From a virus: DNA of 64,000 nt. The notes beneath the pieces are model-generated. The model had not been told where the DNA came from. It made no database searches and worked only from the letters and a program-made list of their open reading frames with translations. Positions 55,520-64,000 of this stretch are shown here, one piece after another. Within the stretch, counting starts at the first letter, position 1, and every line of letters begins with the position of its first letter. The position numbers and the translations under genes are program-made. The stretch lies in the IMG/VR virus record IMGVR_UViG_3300023184_000046, positions 56,030 through 120,029 of that record. One strand, 5' to 3'.

Positions 55520-55638
55520 CTTAAATTTCCTTTTTAAGTCTCAGTTAAAACACATTTTAAAAAATACAAGCTGGAGTAACATACTTTAATATTTGCCCAG
55601 AATAAAATTTCTGTTACACCAGATTGTTCACTTGAAAA

Positions 55639-55830
55639 TCACTTTACTTGACGCACAGAAATAATAGTTATTTTATCTTTTCCATACTGTGCTTCTATAA
55701 TGTTCCTAGCAGCACTTGATGAACTTGCCTTAACAATCTCGCTACTACGAGTATAAGGTTTTTTAATTGAAAAGGAAACCTCATATTCATGTAATTCTAC
55801 AAATTTAACATAAGCAGGCATGTCAAACAT
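55639..55830 (-). CDS. Small hypothetical protein
   Basis: AAGGAG RBS. Confidence 0.6.
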   Translation of the reverse strand: MFDMPAYVKFVELHEYEVSFSIKKPYTRSSEIVKASSSSAARNIIEAQYGKDKITIISVRQVK

Positions 55831-55841
55831 TTATATACTCC

Positions 55842-56153
55842 TTAATCAAGCACCCATTCTTCAATCATTTCTTCCTTGGAATCAAATGTTTCACACGCAG
55901 AAAAATTAAATTTACTTCCAAGTTGATTAACTCCAACAATAAACTTATCGTTTACCTCGCCTAAGAAAATTGCAAAATTATCATTAGGGTCACCTTCAAA
56001 TAAGTTTCCATTCTTACGCTTTAAACATAAACCGATTGTTTCATCATCACCATAATCTTTATTACTTGTTGGGATTCTCTTATCACCAAACGCAGGTGTG
56101 TTTTCAAGAGCTTCATACGCCACATTAGGACTTAGTCTAGTTTTCATAAACAA
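55842..56153 (-). CDS. Hypothetical protein
   Basis: AAGGAG RBS. Confidence 0.6.
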   Translation of the reverse strand: MFMKTRLSPNVAYEALENTPAFGDKRIPTSNKDYGDDETIGLCLKRKNGNLFEGDPNDNFAIFLGEVNDKFIVGVNQLGSKFNFSACETFDSKEEMIEEWVLD

Positions 56154-56161
56154 TCTCCTTA

Positions 56162-56425
56162 TTAATGTTTTAAAAGATCAATAGGTTCGCCATTTAACAC
56201 ATGAGCCAAAGCTAAAGCTTCATTATTATCTTTAATATCATCATACCTTTTATCAAACTCTTCATCAATTTCCTGCTTACTTAAATCGGCATAAGGTTTA
56301 TATCTTTCTCCCATTAGAATATCAGATATAAGTTTATAATCTTTTTCAGAAATAGATTCTTTGATTTCAAGTATATCCTCTCCCATCATAAGGGCAATCT
56401 TCTCTTTACTGGTAAACTTTTTCAT
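56162..56425 (-). CDS. Hypothetical protein, paralog of 59114-59437
   Basis: DI.E.K..I...DY..I..IL.G.....Y..L....I..EF. Confidence 0.65.
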   Translation of the reverse strand: MKKFTSKEKIALMMGEDILEIKESISEKDYKLISDILMGERYKPYADLSKQEIDEEFDKRYDDIKDNNEALALAHVLNGEPIDLLKH

Positions 56426-56580
56426 AAATAATCTCCTTGTATTCTTCGGACTTCTTCAGTAAGCTTCTTCACTTCATCACGCAGTTTTTGCAACTCAGCT
56501 TCATTTTGCTTTATTGCAAGTGCTGCAAGATCATCTCTGTTTAACTTTATAAGATTGTTGAACTCTTCTTCACTTATCAT
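56422..56580 (-). CDS. Small coiled-coil protein (not in ORF track)
   Basis: MISEEEFNNLIKLNRDDLAALAIKQNEAELQKLRDEVKKLTEEVRRIQGDYL. AGGAG RBS. Fills the gap with overlaps on both sides. Confidence 0.6.
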   Translation of the reverse strand: MISEEEFNNLIKLNRDDLAALAIKQNEAELQKLRDEVKKLTEEVRRIQGDYL

Positions 56581-56821
56581 TTTTATTCTCCTTTATTAAT
56601 TCTATTCCACAATATTTACCAATGATTGATGAGCGAGCATAGATTTCATGTTCATCTTCCATAACATCATGGTTTTTCCATACCAAGGCATTACCTTGTT
56701 TTTGGAAAATGTGATTAGTTGCAGGTGCTATCCAGTTGCCACCTTCTTTTAAGAAATCGAAAACTTCCTTTAACCACTTAACATGATATTCTTCTGGTAT
56801 CCATTCTACTAAAGCTACCAT
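56570..56821 (-). CDS. Small hypothetical protein
   Basis: AGGAG RBS. Promoter motif at 56866-56896. Confidence 0.65.
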   Translation of the reverse strand: MVALVEWIPEEYHVKWLKEVFDFLKEGGNWIAPATNHIFQKQGNALVWKNHDVMEDEHEIYARSSIIGKYCGIELIKENKNDK

Positions 56822-57001
56822 GATAATTTCTCCTGTTTAAATGTTTCACTCTTACTCTACTACTATATCGGTTTAAGGCGTTTCAAAATTTCAACTTCTT
56901 AAAAAACTTTTTGATTTAAATCTTTGCATCAAATAAGTTTATCAATGTCTGCCTTTTCATAAAACCATTGGCCTTGTGAATTGGCATACATACTAAGTGT
57001 A

Positions 57002-58753
57002 TCAAGTAGAGGCTTGCTCCCCCGCTTCAACCCCTTCACTTTCTTTTCGTAAATCAACTCCACTTGGTTTCCTTCTTTGTCTTTTAGGTCTGGCACTTCC
57101 ATTGTTCAATATTCCTTTGTAAGTTTCATTGTTTACAATATCTGGATAAAGTCTTTCTAACTCAGGCCATGGTTTACCAAAAAATACATTCTTAGCATAA
57201 TTTAAAATACGATTATTAATAAACTCATTTAATGTTTCTTCACTTCTTGTTATCTCAGAAGGTATTGTTTGACAAAGATTCTGATGTGATCTTATCATGT
57301 GAGAAAAACTATACATAAGATCATCTTCTATTGTTTTAATACGCCTGCCTGTGTACCGAGAATAATCCATTGATAATTGAAAACTTTTAGCTAAGAACTT
57401 TTCTGCTTTTGCAATTCTTTTTATCTTATTATCTGGAGAGATATCCGATAAATGCTTTAAATACTTTGTAACTATATTTAAATCAGTATTTCTACCAAAA
57501 ATACTATACTCAGCTTCTATAAACCTTTTCTTGGTCAATATTGCATACTCTACAGCAACATCTGACCTTGTACATAAAACTTTCTCTGCTGTCAAACATT
57601 CTCCTTGTATAACATCACGCACATAATGCCAAGCTTCAAAAATAGAACAAATATTAAAGAAGTTTTCTTCTGCTTCTAAACATCTTTCTCCCAAATGATG
57701 AAGACAGTATTGAAGCATTGTAGTAGAATCTTGCTTTATAATGTCTTCAAATCCTTTAATCCTTTCTTTCTTTGGCACAACTTTTAAATACTTTAAAATA
57801 CAAGATGACCTATTAAATTTAACTAGCACATCCTCAAATTCTAAACTTCTAATATTTCTCTTAACGAAAAATTCAACTAAATTAGTAACAGAAGAATTAA
57901 GAATAGCAAACTTATAACCTTCTTCAAAGCTAGTTGGTTCATTTAATGAATCAATATACTCAAAAGGCATATTAGTATCAAAATCTAAAACATTTGTTGT
58001 TAAAAATGAATTGTTAAAATTATCCATGTCTTTTTTAATGTTCTCTTCAAATTCACCAAACCTTTCTCCCTTTAATATGTTTTTAGTATATTCAATTGCA
58101 CATTCACCATATAGGCTAAATAAATTTCTCAGCTTAACATTATCTGGAATATTAAATTGCACAACATAACGATCAACGCCTTTCATCAAAGTTTTGTCAT
58201 ACCTTCTAGGATTTACCAAAGGCTCAAATAAATAATCTTCTAAATCTTCTTTGCGAAAATTAAAATGACAACAATATTTTAATGCCATTCCTTTATCTGT
58301 AAAAATACTTGGTTCACCTAAAGTAAATCTTTTGTTAGAATGTATAGCATAATCGTAACTTGCATAAACATCTTTAGATATTATTATTTCTCCATCTGGT
58401 ATTTCACTTTCTCTAAATGTTTTTAAATAATGCAATGTAGATGCAGCATCCTTGAAAATTATTTTTTCCCAAGCTTTAAACCTCATTCTAAATCTACTAG
58501 ATAAATTTACTAAGTTATCACAGGTATGTTTTGTGTATTTGCTACTTCCCAATATGTTAATTAAATAATTATACTTTGAAAAGTTCTTTAAAAGTTCTTC
58601 TCTTGAAATTGCATTAATTCGATTGTATGCAAATGAAACTTCTTGATCTTCAACCATTTTGCATTTGTCGATAAAAGCTTTTCTTGGATCTATATAAGCT
58701 TCAACACCAATGCTTTGTAGAACTTCATTTTGCAAAACTTGAAAACTATCCAT
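57002..58753 (-). CDS. Helical-repeat protein (YA....xxRF.xxE..I units)
   Basis: Degenerate ~24-aa repeats related to the 62677/63377 family. Confidence 0.7.
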   Translation of the reverse strand: MDSFQVLQNEVLQSIGVEAYIDPRKAFIDKCKMVEDQEVSFAYNRINAISREELLKNFSKYNYLINILGSSKYTKHTCDNLVNLSSRFRMRFKAWEKIIFKDAASTLHYLKTFRESEIPDGEIIISKDVYASYDYAIHSNKRFTLGEPSIFTDKGMALKYCCHFNFRKEDLEDYLFEPLVNPRRYDKTLMKGVDRYVVQFNIPDNVKLRNLFSLYGECAIEYTKNILKGERFGEFEENIKKDMDNFNNSFLTTNVLDFDTNMPFEYIDSLNEPTSFEEGYKFAILNSSVTNLVEFFVKRNIRSLEFEDVLVKFNRSSCILKYLKVVPKKERIKGFEDIIKQDSTTMLQYCLHHLGERCLEAEENFFNICSIFEAWHYVRDVIQGECLTAEKVLCTRSDVAVEYAILTKKRFIEAEYSIFGRNTDLNIVTKYLKHLSDISPDNKIKRIAKAEKFLAKSFQLSMDYSRYTGRRIKTIEDDLMYSFSHMIRSHQNLCQTIPSEITRSEETLNEFINNRILNYAKNVFFGKPWPELERLYPDIVNNETYKGILNNGSARPKRQRRKPSGVDLRKESEGVEAGEQAST

Positions 58754-58820
58754 TTTAATATCCCTTTAAAACTTATAGTATGGATTCCTATTGTTACACT
58801 ATTGAATTCATTCTATTTTG

Positions 58821-59063
58821 TCAAATAGAAATTTTATAAAAAAGTATAATCTGAGATAAGAAAGGTATTACATCACATAGTATAACATCGTACTGTGCTG
58901 GTTTATATTCCCTCTTATTACCTAACCACTCAAAGAAAAACCAACCCTGCATATCTATGGCTATAAAAGTTGTTAAACTTATACCTAACATAAGTTCATA
59001 AAATACTAAAACTAAACAAATAGAAGAAAGAACCATACGCATAAAGTGAACCATGACATACAT
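58821..59063 (-). CDS. Small membrane protein
   Basis: Hydrophobic. AAGGA RBS. Confidence 0.5.
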   Translation of the reverse strand: MYVMVHFMRMVLSSICLVLVFYELMLGISLTTFIAIDMQGWFFFEWLGNKREYKPAQYDVILCDVIPFLSQIILFYKISI

Positions 59064-59113
59064 CCTTGTTATTTACTAGAGTTATCCTTGACACTAGTTA
59101 TATTATCGAACTA

Positions 59114-59437
59114 CTATAAACTTTTCTTTAGCTTTTTATTTGCAAATGCAGAAAAATCTATTGGGGGCTTTTCAACTTCGTCTGGAAATAATTGTATAAA
59201 TAATTGTTCAACCATTTCCTTTTTATATTCATCTATCACACCTAGCATATCCTCGAATTCAAGTTCTATTTGTGAGGCTGTTAGATTATTGTATTGTGTC
59301 CAATAATCACCAAATAAAATAGAACATATAAATTCATAATCATTATTATTAATTTCATCTTTTAATTCTATAATATCTCTACAAACTAAATAAGATGATT
59401 TCTGACTTCTGTTTAATCGTTTGCTATCTATACTCAT
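59114..59437 (-). CDS. Hypothetical protein, paralog of 56162-56425
   Basis: See paralog. AAGGA RBS. Confidence 0.65.
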   Translation of the reverse strand: MSIDSKRLNRSQKSSYLVCRDIIELKDEINNNDYEFICSILFGDYWTQYNNLTASQIELEFEDMLGVIDEYKKEMVEQLFIQLFPDEVEKPPIDFSAFANKKLKKSL

Positions 59438-59448
59438 TGTTAATCCTT

Positions 59449-60036
59449 TTAGCTACCATAGAAACTTTTGTCTTCTTCGTCTTCTAATGCTTCTAAATCA
59501 TTTTCTGTCTTTTCTGAAAACTCTTCAATCTGTTCCATAACTGATTTACCAGATACAGTAATTGAAGTGTTAGTTGAATTAGCTAAATCTTTAATTGTAA
59601 ATTTAATTACATTACCTGTGCTTATATGTGTAATCCTTAATTCTGGTTGTTCTATATCAATAATCCATTCATAAAGATATTCAACAAACATATTGCCAAC
59701 AGTTTCTTTTAAACTTATCTGTTTTTCAATTTCTTCATCATCAAATCCTTTGTAGTTTCCAGTATCAGGATTATATTCATTAAAAGTATAAAGAGAACCA
59801 CAGTAAGTGCCACCTCTAATGCTATGATAAGAATCATATGATCTGAAACTATAATAGGATTCTAAGTAATCTATTTTAAACTTACGAGGAGTCTTTTTAT
59901 CACCTATATTAGATAATAATTTCATCTCTGCTATTATTCGGTACATTTGGTTTGATGGATATCCATCAAATTGTAAATATTGTCCAACATAACCTCCCGC
60001 AGCTTGCGGGAATAAGTGCATTGATCTTGTACCCAT
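59449..60036 (-). CDS. Conserved phage protein (MGTRS...DGYP family)
   Basis: MGTRS...Y.QFDGYPS...EYLY motif typical of phage early proteins. Confidence 0.65.
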   Translation of the reverse strand: MGTRSMHLFPQAAGGYVGQYLQFDGYPSNQMYRIIAEMKLLSNIGDKKTPRKFKIDYLESYYSFRSYDSYHSIRGGTYCGSLYTFNEYNPDTGNYKGFDDEEIEKQISLKETVGNMFVEYLYEWIIDIEQPELRITHISTGNVIKFTIKDLANSTNTSITVSGKSVMEQIEEFSEKTENDLEALEDEEDKSFYGS

Positions 60037-60047
60037 AACTATTCTCC

Positions 60048-60248
60048 TTAATATTTAAAAAACTTTGGCCTTGGCCTTGGTAGTCCATTTGGTTTTATTT
60101 TGTAATAAGTCTCATTTACATAATCTAAGTCATCTTCTTCATCAACTAAATCTATAGAACCCATAATAGGGTTATACACATGATCACCAATGAAAATTTC
60201 ATCAGCAGAAAGAGTGTATCTTACTCCATTAAGCCACACATCTTTCAT
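60048..60248 (-). CDS. Small protein ending PRPKFFKY
   Basis: ATGA overlap with the upstream gene. Confidence 0.6.
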   Translation of the reverse strand: MKDVWLNGVRYTLSADEIFIGDHVYNPIMGSIDLVDEEDDLDYVNETYYKIKPNGLPRPRPKFFKY

Positions 60249-60514
60249 ACTTCCACCTTGCTTTTTTCAAGCTTTGAAAGTTCTTCCTTTACTACATCAA
60301 CACAATCATCTAATGTTAGCTTGCTCATGTCAAAGATATCACAAGCTACAAGCTTAATATCTTTGGAAAACAAAACAGGTTGTTGTAATGGATTTTTCTT
60401 AAGTAGTGATAACTTATAAGCTAAAACTAACTTTAGATATTTCTTCCATTTAGCTAAAGGAACTGAATAGATTCCATCTTCTGCATATATAAATTTATAA
60501 TTATTCAAGTTCAT
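60245..60514 (-). CDS. Small hypothetical protein
   Basis: AGGAG RBS. Confidence 0.6.
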   Translation of the reverse strand: MNLNNYKFIYAEDGIYSVPLAKWKKYLKLVLAYKLSLLKKNPLQQPVLFSKDIKLVACDIFDMSKLTLDDCVDVVKEELSKLEKSKVEV

Positions 60515-60525
60515 AACCTACTCCT

Positions 60526-60729
60526 TTATAAGTTTAAAAACATTTGTATTTCTGTAGTTTCAATCCACTTGAAACCATCTGGCAATTTGTTTATATCAAT
60601 ATCACCCTTGTAATTACTCGGCCCTGCCAAGGCCAATACTGTACTGAAGAACTGATCAAAAAAGTAAATTGATAAACCATCTTTGGTTTTAAACTCAGTT
60701 TCTTCCAAACCATATGCACTATTATTCAT
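60526..60729 (-). CDS. Small hypothetical protein
   Basis: AGGAGG RBS before MNNSAY. Confidence 0.6.
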   Translation of the reverse strand: MNNSAYGLEETEFKTKDGLSIYFFDQFFSTVLALAGPSNYKGDIDINKLPDGFKWIETTEIQMFLNL

Positions 60730-60757
60730 CGTAACCTCCTTGTTAAAATAAAAACAC

Positions 60758-61255
60758 TTAGTTAAATGCTGCCATTGATTTTTCAAACATATTAGAAAAT
60801 CTTCCAGCAAAATTTACTTTATCTTCTTTTTTAGTTGAACCAAATATTTCCCATTTACCAAGTGAAGCCTTGTCTCCTTCTCTAATAATATTAGCCTTAT
60901 GCAACACTTCTTCACTCATAGATGAATATTGCATAAACAATATTTCTTCACGCTGTGGATGATCAGCTAAACTACCATATTCGTCATATTGCTTTTGTAC
61001 ACTTTCATCTTTCTTTAATGATACTGTCCAACTTTCACTAATGAACAAATATTCACTAATCTTACCTATTTGAATTAAGTGTTTGATTCCTCGCATAATC
61101 TGATCTTTATCATCATTATTGCTAAAGCTAACTGGCAAAATCTTTACTTCTTTACCATCAGAAAGGAAAAACATAGGTGCAACATTTCCTTCTTCCTCTA
61201 AGTTTGCCAATGCAGTTTTCTTAATTTGCTCAATAGAATTTAAAATAATACTCAT
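60758..61255 (-). CDS. Hypothetical phage protein
   Basis: FISESW...HPQREE motif. AAGGA RBS. Confidence 0.65.
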   Translation of the reverse strand: MSIILNSIEQIKKTALANLEEEGNVAPMFFLSDGKEVKILPVSFSNNDDKDQIMRGIKHLIQIGKISEYLFISESWTVSLKKDESVQKQYDEYGSLADHPQREEILFMQYSSMSEEVLHKANIIREGDKASLGKWEIFGSTKKEDKVNFAGRFSNMFEKSMAAFN

Positions 61256-61266
61256 TGTTTAATTCC

Positions 61267-61791
61267 TTATATTGCTTCTAAGACTGTTCCAGCATCATCT
61301 AACAGCTTAACACTTACAATAGCGTTAAGATTATAACTTCTGTAGATTGCTTTCTTTACAATTCCAACTTGTTTCTTTGGTTCTTTTGGCTTTACCAACC
61401 AAGGTGATAAAACCTTCATGCTTATCGGGTCGCCTGTGTTTGTGTCTAAATATACTGTTTCTATATTCGATTCCACAATACATGGCAAGTAAATCTCACC
61501 ATTGTTCTCTACAAAGGGTGTTCCAACCACTTTAATGCCCCATTTACGAGGTGAAAGTTTATAATCGGCTTCGTACCCTTCTGCAACTTGATTTGCTTCA
61601 ATTTCGGCCTTTAAATCAAGATTACAACCAACCTTAACCCTTCTCTTAGTCATTTTAACGACCTCAAAAGGGCAACCACCTTTGGTCTTTGGTTCTGTAA
61701 CTGTGTCAATCTCTAGGACTTCTACATTTTTTATAGACTTGAAAAAGCTATAAATATCTGGTTCGGATGCTTCAATCTTTCTAAGTGTCAT
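61267..61791 (-). CDS. Hypothetical phage protein
   Basis: AGGAGG RBS. RKWG...TPFVE...YL. Promoter motif at 61811-61841. Confidence 0.65.
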   Translation of the reverse strand: MTLRKIEASEPDIYSFFKSIKNVEVLEIDTVTEPKTKGGCPFEVVKMTKRRVKVGCNLDLKAEIEANQVAEGYEADYKLSPRKWGIKVVGTPFVENNGEIYLPCIVESNIETVYLDTNTGDPISMKVLSPWLVKPKEPKKQVGIVKKAIYRSYNLNAIVSVKLLDDAGTVLEAI

Positions 61792-61860
61792 ATTAGACCT
61801 CCTATAGTTTATTCGGTATCAGTTACACCAAAATTTCAACTTTCTAAAAAATATTTTTAT

Positions 61861-62517
61861 TTATAAATCATTATTTTCAGAACAAGAAATAATGTCATTA
61901 AGCATTGCAGCAATCATTGCATCAATTTGTTCTTCTGGAAAATCATCTATATTCCTTTTCTCAATTTCATTAGATATCAGTTCCCTTAAAGATGCTTTTA
62001 GTTTTTCAAGGTCTTTAGTTTTCTTATATTCTTTAACAATTGATTTAGTAATAGGAATCTTAATATAACCAGAATCGTTTGTTTCAAACTTATCTTCATA
62101 TTTTGAAATACAGAAAGACATAAGCTTATTCATAAAGTTCATCATAACAAAGCTAAACTTTATATTGCTTCTATTATCTTCATCATTTATAAAATCGAAA
62201 TCAACATTGTTTTCTTTTGCCTGTTCGATGAAGTTATCAACTGTTTCATCTCCACTATCATTTCCATTTTCAAGATTATTGAATACACCTTCCATAGCGT
62301 TGTGTATTTTCTTGAAATAACCTTTTAATTCTTTTACTTTATGAGGTAAATCATTATTGGTGATAATATCTTCATCGCCAAATGAACGATATAGAACACC
62401 ATCTACTAATCTTACCAGAGTTGAAATTGTTTTATCGCTATGATCCCCATTTGCGATATCTTTGATTTTAGGGGTAACTACATCTGCCAATTGCTGCGAT
62501 ACTTCTTCAAGCTTCAT
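61861..62517 (-). CDS. Hypothetical protein, paralog of 37623-38213
   Basis: Start reassigned to MKLEEV (AAGGA RBS, matches paralog length). Promoter motif at 62574-62604. Confidence 0.65.
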   Translation of the reverse strand: MKLEEVSQQLADVVTPKIKDIANGDHSDKTISTLVRLVDGVLYRSFGDEDIITNNDLPHKVKELKGYFKKIHNAMEGVFNNLENGNDSGDETVDNFIEQAKENNVDFDFINDEDNRSNIKFSFVMMNFMNKLMSFCISKYEDKFETNDSGYIKIPITKSIVKEYKKTKDLEKLKASLRELISNEIEKRNIDDFPEEQIDAMIAAMLNDIISCSENNDL

Positions 62518-62676
62518 CTTACACTCATCCTTTTGTAAAGATATTCTATTTAATGTTCTTGCCACTACTCCTTATTCGGTTTTAATCATATCAAAGTTTC
62601 AACTTTATCAAAAAGAATATTGATTTTTTTTTCTAAAATCTCCTTAAACCATTTATAAATCAAACCTTACATCAAA

Positions 62677-63366
62677 TTAATATTTAAAAAATGAAGGCTT
62701 TGGAAATAACTTCATGTATCTATTATGTAAATCTTTATCTTTAACTATTTCCTTTTCGCCTAATTTAAAAGGTGCGTTTAAAACTTCTTTTGCATAAAGA
62801 TAAGAATCATCTATACTTTCAGCTATTGCATTTTCACCTAATTTAAAAGGTGCTTGTAAAACATTTAAAGCATAATGATAAGAATAATGTCCACTTGTAG
62901 CTATTGCAGCTTCACCTAATGGAAAAGGTGCGTTTAAAATATCTCTTGCATAATAATAAGAATACTTTGCACTTGTAGCTATTTCCTTTTCGCCTAATGG
63001 AAAAGGTTCTCTTAAAACATTTTCCGCATAAAGATAAGAAAATTCTGCATCTTTAGATATTTCAGCTTCGCCTTCTGGAAAAGATGTGTATAAAACTTCT
63101 CTTGCGTAACAATAAGAAAACTCTGCATCTTTAACTATCGCAGGTTCACCTAATGGAAAAGGTGCTTGTAAAACATTTAAAGCATAATGATAAGAATCAA
63201 ATGTACTATTGGCTATCGCAGGTTCGCCTAATGGAAAAGGTGCTTGTAAAACATCTCTTGCATAACAATAAGAATAAGCTGCATCTGTAGCTATCACAGC
63301 TTCACCTTCTGGAAAAGGTGCTTGTAAAACATTTAAAGCATATTCATAAGCTTCTTTTGCGTTCAT
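62677..63366 (-). CDS. 24-aa tandem repeat protein ending PSFFKY
   Basis: YSYxYAxxVLxAPFPLGExAIAxD units. Confidence 0.85.
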   Translation of the reverse strand: MNAKEAYEYALNVLQAPFPEGEAVIATDAAYSYCYARDVLQAPFPLGEPAIANSTFDSYHYALNVLQAPFPLGEPAIVKDAEFSYCYAREVLYTSFPEGEAEISKDAEFSYLYAENVLREPFPLGEKEIATSAKYSYYYARDILNAPFPLGEAAIATSGHYSYHYALNVLQAPFKLGENAIAESIDDSYLYAKEVLNAPFKLGEKEIVKDKDLHNRYMKLFPKPSFFKY

Positions 63367-63376
63367 AAACTTATCC

Positions 63377-63841
63377 TTAATATGTAAAAAATGCTGGTTT
63401 TGGTTTAGGTGGAAATAACTTTTTGTATTGTTTATGGATAATTTTATTTTCAGATATCACCTTTTCGCCTAGCGGAAAAGGTGCTTTAAGTATATCTTTT
63501 GCATACTTAAAAGAACCAACTAGACTCTCAGCTATAGCCTTTTCACCTAGCGGAAAAGGTGCTTTTAAAAGATATTCTGCGTAATGATAAGAATAAGTTG
63601 AATGTGTAGCTATCGCAGGTTCACCTAATGGAAAAGGTGCATTTAAAACATATAGTGCATAATGATAAGAATATTGTGCATCTGTAGCTATCGCAGCTTC
63701 ACCTAATGGAAAAGCTGCTTTTAATACATCTCTTGCATAAGCAAGAGAATAAGCTGCATCTTTAGCTATTGCAGCTTCACCTTCTGGAAAAGCTGCTTTT
63801 AAAACATTATAAGCATGATTATAAGCTTCTTGTGCTGTCAT
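63377..63841 (-). CDS. 24-aa tandem repeat protein ending PAFFTY
   Basis: Paralog of 62677. Confidence 0.85.
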   Translation of the reverse strand: MTAQEAYNHAYNVLKAAFPEGEAAIAKDAAYSLAYARDVLKAAFPLGEAAIATDAQYSYHYALYVLNAPFPLGEPAIATHSTYSYHYAEYLLKAPFPLGEKAIAESLVGSFKYAKDILKAPFPLGEKVISENKIIHKQYKKLFPPKPKPAFFTY

Positions 63842-63851
63842 AAACTTATCC

Positions 63852-64000
63852 TTAATATTTAAAAAATGCTGGTCTTGGTTTTTTTGGAAATAACTCTTTA
63901 TATTTATTTTGCATAAATTCAGTTCCCATTTTAAATATTATGCGTTCACCTAATGGAAAAGGTGCTTTTAAAACATATCGTGCATAATCGAAGGAAGATA
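63852..64000 (-). CDS. Third repeat-protein paralog, truncated by window edge, ending PAFFKY
   Basis: ...YARYVLKAPFPLGERII...ELFPKKPRPAFFKY*. Identical CATAAACTTATCCTTAATA junction. Confidence 0.8.
   Translation of the reverse strand, partial: SSFDYARYVLKAPFPLGERIIFKMGTEFMQNKYKELFPKKPRPAFFKY

Noticed and set aside
1-64000. Alternative genetic code (stop-codon reassignment)
   Set aside because: Long genes are intact under the standard code and TAA, TAG and TGA all end genes at sensible boundaries. No suppressor tRNA was seen.
62677-64000. Diversity-generating retroelement behind the near-identical repeats
   Set aside because: No reverse transcriptase in the window, and differences are not confined to adenines

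Overview
AT-rich, gene-dense DNA that reads as part of a large (jumbo, T4-like/myovirus-type) bacteriophage genome in the standard genetic code. A Planctomycetota host is plausible but is inference only. Three zones are visible. (1) 1-21.1 kb is mostly + strand and late-type. (T/C)ATAAATA boxes sit 4-5 nt before many ATGs, and about 15 unrelated proteins share a T4 internal-protein-like capsid-targeting N-terminus. Also here are three sulfotransferases, a glycosyltransferase-like gene, mucin-like Thr-rich proteins, an RCC1 protein and a NUMOD4-HNH endonuclease. (2) 22-40.7 kb is a - strand domain built of cassettes (promoter, gene(s), hairpin terminator, simple repeats, array of a ~17-27 bp motif). 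It holds two paralogous MoxR-AAA+/vWA operons and about 40 hand-counted copies of AAGTACATCCGTGCAAT. The reverse complement of that motif is a CsrA/RsmE-type ANGGAN hairpin, and the phage has its own csrA at 50555-50725, which the ORF track missed. (3) 40.7-64 kb holds - strand small early-type genes, three tRNAs (Asn, Ile2/Met-CAT, Thr) interleaved with two HNH genes, an AAA ATPase, a nucleotidyltransferase, a WGR-DNA ligase and helical-repeat paralogs. A non-canonical promoter-like motif, AGTTGAAA-N17-CCGATA, occurs 16 times on the - strand with invariant spacing. Several - strand proteins end in FFK(F/Y). All calls come from reading motifs by eye. No database searches were run and counts are manual.
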